From: Flavobacteriaceae bacterium
GTDB taxonomy: Bacteria > Bacteroidota > Bacteroidia > Flavobacteriales > Flavobacteriaceae
Assembly (NCBI GenBank): GCA_029934835.1
Contig: JAOZLL010000049.1
Coordinates: 1-15,973 of the forward strand
Length of the DNA stretch: 15,973 nt
Direction of reading: 5' to 3'
In this document: positions 14,676 to 15,973 of the stretch, one piece after another
Layout of the letters: each line of letters opens with the position of its first letter
How positions within the stretch are numbered: position 1 is the stretch's first letter
Notes under the pieces: generated by a model
What the model saw: only the letters and a program-made list of their open reading frames with translations
Told to the model about the DNA's origin: nothing
The model's database searches: none
Program-made: the position numbers and the translations under genes

Positions 14676-15973
14676 ATGAAAAACTACATCTATTTCCTCT
14701 CCATATTATTCCTTACATTTAATAGTTGCACTAAATTCGAACGAGAAACAGTTCCTCTAAATATAGAGATAAATGATTTTGTCTGGAAAGGCATGAATAC
14801 TTATTACTTATGGCAAAATGAGGTTCCTGATTTAGCAGATGATCGTTTTACCTCTCAAGAAAACCTTTACAGCTATCTAGAAAGATACGATCAACCAAAA
14901 GATCTATTCAATCATTTAATATTTGAAAAAGACAGTATAGATAGATGGTCATGGATTGTTGAGGATTATATTGCCTTAGAAGACTATTTTAGTGGCATCA
15001 GAATATCATCAGGTGCAAAAATAGGTTTGATTAAGGTAAGAAATGATGAGACTGAAACTAAACTTTTCGGTTTCATAAAGTATATCGTCCCTAATACTGA
15101 TGCAGCAACAAAACCCATTCAACGTGGCATGGTTTTTAATTCAGTAAATGGTAGCTTATTAGCTACATCTAATTATGCCGAACTATTATACAATAGTGAT
15201 TCCTACACACTTAATCTTGGTACTTATTTTTATAATACAACAACAAATACAGCTGAAATTACACCAAATGGAATTAATGTCACTTTAAACAAAGGAGTCT
15301 ATTCAGAAAATCCAATTCATAAGCTTACAACTTTTGATGTAGGAGGCACTAATGTTGGATATTTAATGTATAACTCCTTTACATCAAATTATGAACAAGA
15401 ATTAAATAATGCCTTTCTATATCTTAAAAGTGAAAATGTAAGTGAACTAATTCTTGATTTACGTTATAACGGAGGTGGTTCGGTAAGAACGGCTACCTAC
15501 CTTGCAGGTATGATAACAGGTCAATTTAATGGACAAATACTTACACAAGAAAAATGGAATTCCAAATGGCAAACTTGGCTTGAAGAAAACCATCCTAATT
15601 GGTTGATTAATAATTTTACCAATACTATGGATGATGGAACCTCATTAGCCAATTTAAACTTGTCTCGTGTGATAGTACTAACAACGGGCAGCTCAGCTTC
15701 AGCAAGTGAATTAATAATAAATGGTTTAAAACCTTATATTGATGTTGTTACCATTGGATCAACAACACATGGTAAATATGTTGCTTCTGTAACTTTATAC
15801 GATTCTCCAAATTTCTCTAAGGAAAATGTAAATACCGATCACAATTGGGCTTTACAACCAATTGTTTTAAAAGAGCTTAATAAACTAGGAAATTACGCTC
15901 CTAATGGTTTTGAACCTTCTATAGAATTAGAAGAGGATTTCACCAATATGGGTGAATTAGGACTTGCTTCTGA
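14676..15973 (+). CDS. S41-family (C-terminal processing/tail-specific protease-like) peptidase lipoprotein, 3'-truncated by window edge
   Basis: Signal and lipobox MKNYIYFLSILFLTFNSC. LILDLRYNGGGSV and VIVLTTGSSASASELIINGL...TIGSTTHGK match the S41 motifs (DLR-N-GG; G-S-ASA-SE nucleophile region; T-x-GK catalytic Lys). The frame is open to the last base of the window. Confidence 0.85.
   Translation, partial: MKNYIYFLSILFLTFNSCTKFERETVPLNIEINDFVWKGMNTYYLWQNEVPDLADDRFTSQENLYSYLERYDQPKDLFNHLIFEKDSIDRWSWIVEDYIALEDYFSGIRISSGAKIGLIKVRNDETETKLFGFIKYIVPNTDAATKPIQRGMVFNSVNGSLLATSNYAELLYNSDSYTLNLGTYFYNTTTNTAEITPNGINVTLNKGVYSENPIHKLTTFDVGGTNVGYLMYNSFTSNYEQELNNAFLYLKSENVSELILDLRYNGGGSVRTATYLAGMITGQFNGQILTQEKWNSKWQTWLEENHPNWLINNFTNTMDDGTSLANLNLSRVIVLTTGSSASASELIINGLKPYIDVVTIGSTTHGKYVASVTLYDSPNFSKENVNTDHNWALQPIVLKELNKLGNYAPNGFEPSIELEEDFTNMGELGLAS

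Noticed and set aside
1-15973. Scan for tRNA/rRNA genes, CRISPR repeats, IS/transposase or integrase genes, long inverted terminal repeats
   Set aside because: No T-loop-like GGTTCGAATCC-type segments in cloverleaf context, no regularly spaced direct repeats, and no ORF with transposase/integrase/recombinase motifs. The only repeats found are the short intergenic ones reported above and the low-complexity coding tracts.

Overview
AT-rich segment (roughly 30% GC by eye) that looks like Bacteroidota/Flavobacteriia chromosome: genes lack Shine-Dalgarno context, TAnnTTTG-type -7 boxes sit upstream of several genes, and lipoprotein/secretion signals look Bacteroidetes-like. 17 protein-coding genes are supported. 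Left to right they are: 3' end of an ECF sigma factor with a tightly coupled 4-TM membrane protein; a Cys-rich lipoprotein and menB on the minus strand; a compact plus-strand block (2606-8988) of secreted esterase-like protein with an E/K-rich tail, secreted papain-family (C1) peptidase, DnaQ-type exonuclease fused to a GIY-YIG nuclease, large secreted transglutaminase-like protein, and a 6-TM voltage-sensor K+ channel ending in a zinc ribbon; miaA; minus-strand menF plus a hotdog thioesterase (menaquinone pathway); a 2-TM protein; an NfeD-like + flotillin (SPFH) pair; and the 5' part of an S41 peptidase lipoprotein. I recognised no rRNA, tRNA, CRISPR array, transposase, integrase or phage gene. 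The most unusual sequence-level signal is a pair of ~50-bp imperfect direct repeats, each with a TGTCAAA-N-TTTGACA palindrome and each readable as a tiny uORF, in the divergent menB/esterase promoter region. The second copy ends in an ATGA overlap with the downstream gene. Other leads are the heterogeneous tightly packed 5-gene block that separates menB from menF/thioesterase, the exonuclease-GIY-YIG fusion, the Kv-like channel with a C-terminal zinc ribbon, a possibly inactive transglutaminase-like protein, and a 4-TM protein where an ECF anti-sigma factor would be expected. All functional calls rest on motifs read by eye; no database search was possible.
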